A stretch of DNA of 64,000 nt, from assembly GCA_963796105.1 (NCBI GenBank), contig CAWCKJ010000004.1:320001-384000 (forward strand). The letters are read 5' to 3'. The notes below the pieces were generated by a model. The model was not told the DNA's origin and searched no databases. It was given only the letters and a program-made list of their open reading frames with translations. The position numbers were made by a program, and so were the translations under genes. Origin of the DNA: a candidate division FCPU426 bacterium. Lineage in GTDB: Bacteria; Oederibacteriota; Muellerivitia; Muellerivitales; Muellerivitaceae. Position 1 is the first letter of the stretch. Each line of letters starts with the position of its first letter. Positions 50,499 through 59,582 of the stretch are shown here, piece after piece.

Positions 50499-50737
50499 AT
50501 CTACTACTAGGTTCCCCGGACTTGCTACTAGGAACCGTCAAAACTACTACTAGGAATCCGGAACCTGCTACTAGCTACCGCCGGATCTGCTACTAGGAAC
50601 GCCGAAACCTGCTACTAGGTACCCCGGAACCTGCGGGCAGGGCTCCCGACACCTGCGGGCAGGGTTCTCGGCACCTGCAGGCAGGGCTCATGGACCTGCG
50701 GGCAGGGTTACCGGCACCTGCGGGCAGGACTCCCGGA
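50499..50737. repeat. Array A: eleven 21-22-bp units with a CCT-N6-AGG-type core
   Basis: Six units with an ACCTGCTACTAGG-like core, then five with ACCTGCGGGCAGG, each followed by 8-9 variable nt. A 19-bp duplication follows at 50739-50776. Confidence 0.9.
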
Positions 50738-50837
50738 AAGTTCTCGGGTTCCCGGCTAGTTCTCGGGTTCCTGGCCAGTTTTCTTGGTAAACCATTGGCT
50801 TCTGTTCTTCATCTATATCAAATGCTCCAAGCTCAAA

Positions 50838-50855
50838 CGCCGCTGTTCAGCGGCG
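50838..50855 (-). terminator. Hairpin/terminator after usp
   Basis: CGCCGCTG-aa-CAGCGGCG followed by TTT. Confidence 0.55.
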
Positions 50856-50859
50856 GTGA

Positions 50860-51288
50860 TTATTTCCCCTTCACGCGGACCACCAGGACTGGGATGGAGG
50901 TTTTGTGCCGAACTTCCGCGATGGTGCTCCCGTGGAACAGGTCGCCGAGGAAACGGTGCCCGTGTCCCGCCATGGCGATGAGGTCGAACTTCCCGCCCTC
51001 GGCCGTCTTGAGGATTTCCTGCGGGGGATTGCCCAGCGCCAGCTCCACCGTCACGAAGAGTCCCTGTGCCCTCAAGTCCCCGGCTTTTTTCTCCAGGTAT
51101 TCCCTGTCCACGACCATTTCCTCCGATTCGGCGAGCTTGAGGGTGTCGAAATTGCGCGCGACCCAGCCGTCGGCCACGTGCAGGAGGCGCAGTTCCGAGC
51201 CGTATTTTTTAGCCAATTCAACGGCGTGCGGAAGGATAGTCTCGTCCGCCGGGCCGTTCTCCAGCGCCACCAGGATTTTTTTGTACAT
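50860..51288 (-). CDS. Universal stress protein
   Basis: MYKKILVAL, LLHVA, GNPPQEI, DLIAMAGHGH, GST...PVLVV. Confidence 0.93.
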   Translation of the reverse strand: MYKKILVALENGPADETILPHAVELAKKYGSELRLLHVADGWVARNFDTLKLAESEEMVVDREYLEKKAGDLRAQGLFVTVELALGNPPQEILKTAEGGKFDLIAMAGHGHRFLGDLFHGSTIAEVRHKTSIPVLVVRVKGK

Positions 51289-51423
51289 CGAAAACCTCCG
51301 TTCTCTTATGGGGCCAGGAAACCCAGGCCGATAGCGTCATCAAGGGCGACCCGAAGGGTCGCCACTTGGCCGGTGCATAAACCCCGGCCAAGTACACGGC
51401 TTGTCCCAGCTTAAGCCGGGACC

Positions 51424-52788
51424 TTAAAACAGCCGGTAAATCCCCGACAAGAAGGATGCGGGCAGGACCATATCCAAAACCAGTTTCGCGTTGAGCAGGA
51501 TAATCACCGCCGTCACCGTCCAGCCGAGGATTTTAACCCAGACCGGGTTGACGAATTCCCCCATCTTTGACTTGTCGCCGGTGAAGCGCATCAGGGGCCA
51601 GACCGCGAAGCCCAATTGCACGGAAAGCACGACCTGGCTTGCGATAAGCAGGTCCGTGGTCTTGGACTCGCCGAAATAGCCGATCACGCAAACGGCCGGT
51701 ACGATGGCCAAGCCCCGCGTGATCAACCGGCGAAGCCAGGGCCTCAGGCGGATGTTCAGGAAACCCTCCATGACGACCTGCCCCGCGAGGGTTCCGGTCA
51801 AGGTGGAATTTTGGCCCGAGGCCAGCAGGGCGACCGCGAATAGGACGCCAGCCACCGACACACCCAAGAGGGGGCTTAACAACTTATAAGCATCCTGTAT
51901 TTCCCCCACCTCCTGGTGTCCCGACCGGTAAAAGACAGCCGCCAGAACGAGGATCGCGCAGTTGACGAACAAGGCGCAAGTGAGCGCGGTGGTGGAATCA
52001 ATCGTCGCGAACTTGACGGCCTCGCGCTTCCCGCCGGGGCTGTTTTCGTATTTCCTCGTCTGCACGATGGAGGAGTGCAGGTACAGGTTGTGCGGCATGA
52101 CGGTAGCGCCGAGGATGCCGATGCTCACGTAAAGCATGCCCGGATTCCTGAGGATTTCCGGGCTGGGGAGGAACCCCAGCATCACCCCCGTGAGATCGGG
52201 CCTTGACCAGAAAATCTCGGCCCCGAAACAGAGGCTGACTGTGGCGATCAGCGTGACCACCAGCGCCTCGACGTAGCGGAAGCCCTTGTTCTGGAGGTAA
52301 AGCACCGCCATCACGTCCGCCGCTGAGATGGCGCATCCCCAGACCAGCGGTATGCCGAAGAGCAGCTGGAGCGCGATGGCGGAACCCACCACTTCCGCCA
52401 GGTCGCAGGCGGCGATCTGGATCTCGCAGAGCGCCCAAAGGAACCAGACCATCGGCCTCGGGTAATGGTCCCGGCAGGCCTGCGCCAGGTCCCGGCCGGT
52501 TGCGATGCCAAGCTTCACGCACAAGTGCTGGAGCAGGACCGCCATCAGGTTGGAGACGAATATAACACTTAGCAGGGTATAGCCGTATTTCGCGCCCCCG
52601 GCCAGGTCCGTCGCCCAATTTCCCGGGTCCATGTAGCCCACGGCCACCAAAAACCCCGGACCCGCGAAAGCGAGCATCTTGCGCCAGAAAGAGGCGGTTA
52701 CCGGCACGAGGACGCTTCGGTTCACTTCCGGCAGGGAGGATTCTCCCGCCTCCTTGCGCCAGGGGGTTTTGGGTTGGGATGAAAGCAT
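51424..52788 (-). CDS. mntH: Nramp-family Mn2+ transporter
   Basis: GYMDPGNWATD, GATVMPHNLYLHS, GTLAGQVVMEGF. Confidence 0.96.
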   Translation of the reverse strand: MLSSQPKTPWRKEAGESSLPEVNRSVLVPVTASFWRKMLAFAGPGFLVAVGYMDPGNWATDLAGGAKYGYTLLSVIFVSNLMAVLLQHLCVKLGIATGRDLAQACRDHYPRPMVWFLWALCEIQIAACDLAEVVGSAIALQLLFGIPLVWGCAISAADVMAVLYLQNKGFRYVEALVVTLIATVSLCFGAEIFWSRPDLTGVMLGFLPSPEILRNPGMLYVSIGILGATVMPHNLYLHSSIVQTRKYENSPGGKREAVKFATIDSTTALTCALFVNCAILVLAAVFYRSGHQEVGEIQDAYKLLSPLLGVSVAGVLFAVALLASGQNSTLTGTLAGQVVMEGFLNIRLRPWLRRLITRGLAIVPAVCVIGYFGESKTTDLLIASQVVLSVQLGFAVWPLMRFTGDKSKMGEFVNPVWVKILGWTVTAVIILLNAKLVLDMVLPASFLSGIYRLF

Positions 52789-52909
52789 AAATCACCAAGA
52801 GCGGAATTTAAAATGGGCGGATTCGGCTTCCCTTGGAAGCTCACCGCAAGGCAATGAACCCGTTCGATAGTGCTTCGCACTCCTCAGGGCTGGGGGGATG
52901 GGTGAAGGC

Positions 52910-53413
52910 TTACTTGCTTCCGCGCTGGACCATCAGGTCGAGGTCCTCCCTCAGGCTTTGCAGGTCCTCCTCATGCTCGACTTCCTGCTCCAGGATCGTG
53001 AGGGCCATGTTGTAGGTCACCATGTCCTTGCCCTGGGTTGCGTCCATGAGGCCCTTGTAGGTCGTGATGGCGCACTGCTCCCCCTCGATGTTCTGGTCCA
53101 GGAGGACGGCGACATAGGGATCAGCTGGCTCGTCGTATTTGCAGGGACTCAGTTCATACCAGGCCTTCGGAGAAAGCGCCGGCACCCCGCCAAGCTGGAT
53201 GATGCGGCCCGACACGAGGGCCGCATGGTTAAGCTCCTCAGTTGCGTGGAGGGTGAGCTCGGCGGCCACGGCATCCTTCATGGGTCCCTTGATGAGCTTG
53301 GCCCCGAGCCAGTATTGGTAATAGGCGAACCACTCGCTTGCGTAAGCTTGATTGAGCAGTTTGAGAAGGTGATTGACGTCAAGTCCAATGATTTCCCGGC
53401 CCCTGGTTCCCAT
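52910..53413 (-). CDS. Ferritin-like DPSL (thioferritin-type) protein
   Basis: EWFAYYQYW, EELNHA, RIIQLGG, Cys pair (SPCKY...EQCAI), EVEHEED di-iron ligands. Confidence 0.85.
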   Translation of the reverse strand: MGTRGREIIGLDVNHLLKLLNQAYASEWFAYYQYWLGAKLIKGPMKDAVAAELTLHATEELNHAALVSGRIIQLGGVPALSPKAWYELSPCKYDEPADPYVAVLLDQNIEGEQCAITTYKGLMDATQGKDMVTYNMALTILEQEVEHEEDLQSLREDLDLMVQRGSK

Positions 53414-53711
53414 AGTTCGTTCCTTTCAAGTGAGGTTAACCGAAGACGCCCATTTTAAGCCAATTAAGGACAACCGGCATTAAATCCATCGAAAACCCAT
53501 CGAACTTGCGCAGGGCAGGCCCGAAACCGGCTGAATACCTGGCTAAAAGACAACTTAAAGCTATTCGCACCGCGTACCAGCCTTCGTTTTTTCCGATTAG
53601 TTTACCCATATTGAGTCCAAAAGTTACGTGACGTAACTCCTTTCAGCGTTATTTGGGGAAACTACCCTGGAAATACCCCCGGAGATTGCATAGCGGAATG
53701 GATTTGATTCT

Positions 53712-56700
53712 CTAAAACCCAAAGTCCACCCCGCCCGTCAGGTTCTGCCCGGAATAATTCGTCATTCCCGCCTTGCCCTGGTAGGAGACATAGGCCTTGA
53801 AGTCCCTGCCGAACTTGGCGTCCAACCCGGCGGCCAGGACCAAGGCGTCGGTTCCCAGGGCCGGTCCTTCCACGGTAAAATTTCCCCCGCCTTCCATCGC
53901 CGCGCTCAAGCTGTCCAAGTTTCCCTGGTAAACATGCTCCCAGGCCGCGCTCAAGCTTGGCGCCAACACCACGCCTCCCGCGGCCCAGTCCCGGCTGACC
54001 CTCATCCCCAAGTCGCTTAGGAGACAGCCCGCCCCTTGCGACGGGTAGCTTAACGGCGTCTGGGATCCCGTCTCATTGAAGCCGTTGATATCCACCCTGG
54101 TGTACTGGGCCGACAGGAAAGGACCCACCTTGGCTTTCCCCAGGGTCCAATCCCACCCCGCTCCGGCTTGGCCCGAGTATTGATAACCCTGGGCTCTTCC
54201 CGACGCCGTCCCCCCGAAGGAATCGCGCTGGGTGGCGTAACTGTTGATGCCGCCAAAGGCCAGCGCCTCGGCGTGGAGCGCTCCCCCTTTCCAACCGCCA
54301 TAGAGGCCAAATTGTCCGCCCGTCACATTCACCATTCCTGTGGACTGGCTGGTTCCCGACTGAGTGTAGCCCAGCATCAACCCGACCGCCCATTCTTTCG
54401 AGAAGTGGTAGTCCAACCCCGCCACCATCCCGCCGGTGGAATACTGGTATCCCTGAGCGTTTGAGTCGCCCGTGACAGTCCCGAAGTCGCCCATCCCGTC
54501 CATGAAAACACCCAAGCGCTGGGGCTGGAGGTCCTCGGCGATTGCCTCTTCCCTCGCGGCCGAGTGCCTGCCGGCGAAAAGGGGCCCTTCCCCGTTCCAG
54601 GAGATGTTTTTGGATTCTCCCCCGGCGCCCCCGAACAACTGGTCCAGCCTTTGATCCACCATTTCCGCCTCGACCTGGGAAGAGCTGAAACTGATCCGGT
54701 ACATCGGCGTCAAGACCGCCGGTGAGATCTGGGCGTAAACCCCCAGCAAATCGGAATCGGAGAGGGTGTTCAAGTACTGGATCATGGCGGGATCGGAAAA
54801 TTTTTCGTTCAAGACATCCAACGCTCCGCCGATGGCGGCCTGGTTGGGCGTCACCCCCAGGGACCGGAAGGTCGGACCAGTCACTTGCAGGAGGATGTCC
54901 GTCGGCTGGTAAATGAGCGTCACCGAATCGGCCGTGACCATGTTCGTAATCGTGTTGAAAGTCCCTTCCACGCTTCCAGCCGTAAGGATCTCGAAATCCT
55001 CGGTCCCGTGGATATGGAGATGGTACCCGTTTTCCGATACCAGGCTCAGGGTCCCTGCCAGGCTGGCCGCGCCCGAGACCTCCAGCACGTCCCAGGCTCC
55101 CGCGTCGATTCCGCCCATCCCCATTTGCAGTGTCCCCGGCGCGGACTGGGTATAATCGCCACCGATATTGAGCGTCATGGGGCCGTTGAGGCTCAGGGTC
55201 CCGCCGTTCACCACCACGGAGCCGGTACCAAGAGCATGGCTGTTAGCCGCCACTAAGGTTCCCCCGATCAGGTCGGTTCCGCCCGTGTATGTATTTACTT
55301 CTGTCAGCGTCACCGCCCCGTTTCCCGCGATATCCAAGCCGCCGAAACCTTCGAGGATGCCCGCCAGGGACGAGCCGTTGCCATTCGTATCGAAAGTATC
55401 GGACCCGTTGAGGAACACTGTGTTCGTGACAGGCAGGCTGCTCGCCCCGGACCGCAGGGTCGTGCCGTCTTCCAAGACCAGGCTCCCCGTTCCCAAGGCG
55501 CTGTTGTTCCCCAGGCTCAAGGTCCCAGCCACCAAAGTCGTCCCGCCGCTGTAGCTGTTGGCGCCCGCGAGGGTCAAGATGCCCGCGCTGATCTTCGTCA
55601 AGGAACCAGTGCCGCTCAAGACCCCGGATAGGGACAAGCCATCGCCGTTCGTATCGAAAGTATCGGACCCATTGAGGGAGACCGCGTTCGTAACCGCCAA
55701 GCCGTCGGTCCCGGCCTGCAGGGTCGTTGCGCTATGAAGGACCAGGTTCCCCGTGCCCAGGGCGCTGTTGTTTCCCAGGTTCAAAGTCCCAGCCTCCAAG
55801 GTCGTCCCGCCGCTGTAAGTGTTGGTGCCAGACAGGGTCAGGGGCCCTCCTCCCGCGACGTCCAGGCCTTCATTGCCAGCGATCACGCCGCTGAATGAAC
55901 CTTGTTGGACCCTCAGACTCGCGGCCAAGCCTCCCATGGTGATAAAACCAGCCCCCTCCAAGTCCCCGACCACCGCGTCGGCGCTCCCAGTCAATCCGTT
56001 GCTGACAGCCCCGGTTCCCCCGGTGCCCGCTACCATGCTGAGGGCGCTTCCCGCCCCCAGGGTCAAACCCGACGCAGTCAGGGAAACAATTCCCCCATTG
56101 CCGCCATTATAGGTATCACTGTTTCCGCCAATTCCGCCCGCCAGAACCAAGCTGGAGGAGTCCCCCAAGGTCAAGACGGTTCCGATTGACACACCAGCGC
56201 TGCCCCCGTTACCGCCGTTTCCAATGCTCCCGCCTCCCGCGCTGCTGCCATTGCCGCCTGTGCCTCCTATCACGCTGACGGCGCTGGAATCCACAGACAC
56301 CGACCCATTCACTGCCAGGAAAGCCGACCCCCCAGCGCCGCCTGTTCCAGCGGCATACCAGCCATAGCTGTTTCCGCCGTTTCCGCCCGCTACAATCAGA
56401 CCGGAGGAACTTTTATCCGCCGTCACCACCAATCCAGTTCCTATAGAAGCTAAGGCGTTGCCCCCGTTCCCGGCGTTGTTCCCGTAGCTATCGGCTCCCG
56501 TTCCGCCAGCCACGTTGAGGAGGCTGGAATCTAGCGATACCGCGCCGTCCACGGCCAGGGATGCCCAGCCGCCCGACCCTCCTGTTCCCTTGGACCCGCT
56601 GTTGACCCATGGATAATCGGTCTGAGCGCTTCCGCCTGCGACGATGATGTTGGAGCCGTCAAGGACCGACAAATCCGACCCGGTGGTAACCCAAGCGTTG

Positions 56701-58424
56701 CCCCCGTTGTCGCCGTCACCCTGGGCGGAAAACTTGCCAAGGCCTCCCCCCACGCTCACCAGGCTGGAATCAACCGAAACCGCTCCCGAGACCCACAAGT
56801 CCGCGTCGCCGCCCGCCCCGCTGTTACCCTGGAAGTTTCCCCCGCTCTTCCCGCCCGCCACGGTGAATGCAGCCGCGTAATTATTCCCTGTCACATTCAA
56901 ATCCGACCCAATGGAAACCAACGCGTCACCGCCGTTACCGCCATTCGCGTAATAGCTGTAACCGCCGGCCCCACCGGACACGTTTACAGCCTCGGAGTCA
57001 TCCGACACCGCGCCGGTGACCGAAAGATCGGCGGTACCCCCGTTCCCACCGCCCCCCTGGTAATAATCGGTTCCGCCGCCCCCCCCCGCCACGCTCACTT
57101 GGGCAGCTTCAGCGCTGGATGCCGCGGACAGGCTGCCCAAGAAAACCGAGGCACCGCCGCCGTTCCCCCCAGCGGCGCCCTCCAAGGCGTAACCGTAGCC
57201 GGCGTCTCCCCCCGTAACGGCCAGGAAGCTTGTGTCCATCGACACCGCACCGGAGACGGACAAAACCGCGGAACCCGCCGCTCCCCCCGCGCCATGGCCG
57301 TTTAGCCAAATGTTGCTTCCCGAATTCCCCCCGGCCACGTAAAGCCCCGAGAAAGTGTAGCTGTCCACAAGGATCAAACCGGAACCCAGGGAAACCGACG
57401 CGTTCCCCCCGTTCCCTCCGTCTCCCCCGTGGCTGGAGCCTCCCGTTCCCCCTCCAACGCTTACCAGGCCTGAGTCAACCGTTAACGGGCCTCCAGTCAT
57501 CAGGGCCGCCGAACCGCCGCTCCCTCCGACGCCTCCCGCGCTGTCCCCGCCGGTCCCTCCCGTAAGGTTCAAACCGGTGTAATAGACCGACACGGGACCC
57601 GAGGAAGTGAAAATCGCATCGCCACCCGCCCCGCCGTTGCCGGAGGTTCCAGAAGCCGTTCCGCCGTTGCCGCCCGCGACTTGGTATGTTGAGAGACCCC
57701 CTGTATCCCCCGCAAGAATTAAGGATCCGACGTTTACGGTGGCCGCGCCGCCCGCGCCGTCATCTCCCCCGCTGTTGTCGGCCCCGGTTCCCCCCGCGAC
57801 GGTCAGGGTGCTGGGGTCCGCCGACATGGAACCTGTGACGCTCAAGTCCGCCGAGCCGCCCGCCCCTCCATTGGGGGCCCCGGACCCGCCCTCAAGCGCC
57901 AGGGTCGAGTTGGAAAGACTCAGGCTGTTGGAGGACAAGGAAACCGGATTGCCTGAGGCCGCGGAACCGTTGAATTGAACCGTGCCGACCGGGGACGAAA
58001 CATCGCCGGTACCGGTTAAATTTCCGTCAACCACCTGGACCCCGCTAATGGCCAGGGAAACACCCGCACTGTTGAAAACCTGGTATGAGTTTCCGCCATT
58101 GATCACGACACTCGCTCCGGAGTTGGTAAAGGTCACACTTTGGGTCAATGTCGGAAGGTCCGAGGACAGGATGATGGTTTGACCGGAAAGGCTTGAAAGA
58201 TCAATGGTGCCGCCGCAGGGGGCGTTGGCGTTGATTTGGTTGATGGCGTCGCCCAGTGAACCGGGACTATTGTCGCCTTCGTTGGAAGTGACGGTCACGT
58301 TTAATGGGACGCAAGGGGTGGCCCAGGTCGGCATGGTCGAGGTGAACAGGCAAAGACCCCAAAAGAAGAGGACCAATCCGGTAAAAAAAAGCCGTGCGCC
58401 GTTGGTGTGGAACCGGTATTTCAT
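53712..58424 (-). CDS. Autotransporter with Gly-rich passenger and PATR repeats
   Basis: Likely start MKYRFHT at 58424 (GGAGG RBS); many GGxGG repeats; LTLSGTNTYSGGTT repeats; C-terminal barrel ending GVDFGF. Confidence 0.9.
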   Translation of the reverse strand: MKYRFHTNGARLFFTGLVLFFWGLCLFTSTMPTWATPCVPLNVTVTSNEGDNSPGSLGDAINQINANAPCGGTIDLSSLSGQTIILSSDLPTLTQSVTFTNSGASVVINGGNSYQVFNSAGVSLAISGVQVVDGNLTGTGDVSSPVGTVQFNGSAASGNPVSLSSNSLSLSNSTLALEGGSGAPNGGAGGSADLSVTGSMSADPSTLTVAGGTGADNSGGDDGAGGAATVNVGSLILAGDTGGLSTYQVAGGNGGTASGTSGNGGAGGDAIFTSSGPVSVYYTGLNLTGGTGGDSAGGVGGSGGSAALMTGGPLTVDSGLVSVGGGTGGSSHGGDGGNGGNASVSLGSGLILVDSYTFSGLYVAGGNSGSNIWLNGHGAGGAAGSAVLSVSGAVSMDTSFLAVTGGDAGYGYALEGAAGGNGGGASVFLGSLSAASSAEAAQVSVAGGGGGTDYYQGGGGNGGTADLSVTGAVSDDSEAVNVSGGAGGYSYYANGGNGGDALVSIGSDLNVTGNNYAAAFTVAGGKSGGNFQGNSGAGGDADLWVSGAVSVDSSLVSVGGGLGKFSAQGDGDNGGNAWVTTGSDLSVLDGSNIIVAGGSAQTDYPWVNSGSKGTGGSGGWASLAVDGAVSLDSSLLNVAGGTGADSYGNNAGNGGNALASIGTGLVVTADKSSSGLIVAGGNGGNSYGWYAAGTGGAGGSAFLAVNGSVSVDSSAVSVIGGTGGNGSSAGGGSIGNGGNGGSAGVSIGTVLTLGDSSSLVLAGGIGGNSDTYNGGNGGIVSLTASGLTLGAGSALSMVAGTGGTGAVSNGLTGSADAVVGDLEGAGFITMGGLAASLRVQQGSFSGVIAGNEGLDVAGGGPLTLSGTNTYSGGTTLEAGTLNLGNNSALGTGNLVLHSATTLQAGTDGLAVTNAVSLNGSDTFDTNGDGLSLSGVLSGTGSLTKISAGILTLAGANSYSGGTTLVAGTLSLGNNSALGTGSLVLEDGTTLRSGASSLPVTNTVFLNGSDTFDTNGNGSSLAGILEGFGGLDIAGNGAVTLTEVNTYTGGTDLIGGTLVAANSHALGTGSVVVNGGTLSLNGPMTLNIGGDYTQSAPGTLQMGMGGIDAGAWDVLEVSGAASLAGTLSLVSENGYHLHIHGTEDFEILTAGSVEGTFNTITNMVTADSVTLIYQPTDILLQVTGPTFRSLGVTPNQAAIGGALDVLNEKFSDPAMIQYLNTLSDSDLLGVYAQISPAVLTPMYRISFSSSQVEAEMVDQRLDQLFGGAGGESKNISWNGEGPLFAGRHSAAREEAIAEDLQPQRLGVFMDGMGDFGTVTGDSNAQGYQYSTGGMVAGLDYHFSKEWAVGLMLGYTQSGTSQSTGMVNVTGGQFGLYGGWKGGALHAEALAFGGINSYATQRDSFGGTASGRAQGYQYSGQAGAGWDWTLGKAKVGPFLSAQYTRVDINGFNETGSQTPLSYPSQGAGCLLSDLGMRVSRDWAAGGVVLAPSLSAAWEHVYQGNLDSLSAAMEGGGNFTVEGPALGTDALVLAAGLDAKFGRDFKAYVSYQGKAGMTNYSGQNLTGGVDFGF

Positions 58425-58663
58425 GGAACAGCCTCCATTTTGGGGCGGGAAATAAAGCACGATAGGGACCTGCGACTTAAAACTTACCACTTTTTAAGCA
58501 AAAATGATAAATAACAAATATAGTTCTTGTCCGAATTTGCGGATGATTGTTCTTGAGGCCGGTACGTCCAGATCTTCTAAAAAATTATTATCCGACCAAA
58601 TGGAAAAGCAAATGATAAAAGCGGTATGGAATGGCTAAAGGACATAAAGTGATGAATTATCAC

Positions 58664-59462
58664 TACAGCAACTAGGTACCCCCAAACCTGCAACCAGGCA
58701 CCCTGGTTCTGCTACTAGGTACCGCCAATTCTTCTACTAGGTTCGCTTATGCCCACTGGGCCCACCGGCGTCCGCGGGCAGGGCCTACCGGACCTGCGGG
58801 CAGGGCTACCGACACCTGCGGGCAGGATTGCCGAAAATGTGGGCGTGTTATCCTCCCATGACGGTAGGTGACCACGTCCAGGCCGACGGTGGCTCCCGAC
58901 CTCATGAATACAGGGCCCCCAAACCGTGCCTACAGGGCTTCCGGCCCAGCTATACGGAACTGGGTCATCGGCTTACCGAATACTGGGTTGTACTGGGTTG
59001 GGGCTTCCAATACTGGGTTACGGGTTTTCCAAATACTGGGTTGTACTGGGTTGGGGCCTCCAATACTGGGTTGCGGGTTTTCCGAATACTGGGTTGTACT
59101 GGGTTGGGGCCTCCAATACTGGGTTGCGGGTTTTCCAAATACTGGGTTGTACTGGGTTGGGGCTTCCAATACTGGGTTGCGGGTTTTCCGAATACTGGGT
59201 TGTACTGGGTTGGGGCCTCCAATACTGGGTTGCGGGTTTTCCGAATACTGGGTTGTACTGGGTTGGGGCCTCCAATACTGGGTTGCGTGTTTCCAAATAC
59301 TAGGTTGTACTGGGTTGGGACCTCCAATACTGGGTACGGCGGAAAACCCGTCCACGTACGGCGGGAACCCGACCCCAGATGGCGGGAAACCCCGTCCCCT
59401 GCGGGCATGACCACCAGCGTCTGTGGGCAGGGCCACCAGTACCTGCGGGCAGGACTTTCGGC
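58664..59462. repeat. Array B: composite ~22-bp-period repeat region related to array A
   Basis: CTACTAGG-type units at 58664-58742; CCTGCGGGCAGG-type units at 58770-58826 and 59397-59462; further 22-bp units (GTACGGCGG...) at 59334-59396. Confidence 0.85.
58976..59335. repeat. 53-bp tandem repeat, ~6.8 copies
   Basis: Consensus CC(G/A)AATACTGGGTTGTACTGGGTTGGGGC(C/T)TCCAATACTGGGTTGCGGGTTTT; unit starts 58976, 59029, 59082, 59135, 59188, 59241, 59293. Confidence 0.97.
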
Positions 59463-59522
59463 CCATGGCCAATGAGCCTGGTTTTCGGCCATTTTCAAGG
59501 CCTCAATTTGCGGCCTGGAAAT

Positions 59523-59555
59523 AAAAAAGCCCGGGAGGAAATCCCCCGGGCTTTT
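59523..59555. terminator. Intrinsic (bidirectional-looking) terminator
   Basis: AAAAAAGCCCGGG-loop-CCCGGGCTTTT downstream of the Sel1-OmpA gene. Confidence 0.85.
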
Positions 59556-59582
59556 GAAAAACAAAAAACCTTGATTTTAAGC

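Noticed and set aside
50499..50737. CRISPR or TIGR-type guide array as a firm call
   Set aside because: The variable parts are only 8-9 nt and resemble each other, cores come in blocks rather than alternating, and no Cas or Nop-domain gene is nearby. Kept only as an unexplained array.
52790..52909. yybP-ykoY Mn riboswitch upstream of mntH
   Set aside because: Only short hairpins are present; I could not identify the conserved riboswitch motifs.
58976..59335. CRISPR array
   Set aside because: Units are contiguous near-identical 53-mers with no unique spacers, and there are no cas genes in the window.
58828..59564. Several overlapping ORFs on both strands
   Set aside because: The same peptides cycle through frames because 53 is not a multiple of 3. 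These are stop-poor repeat artefacts.
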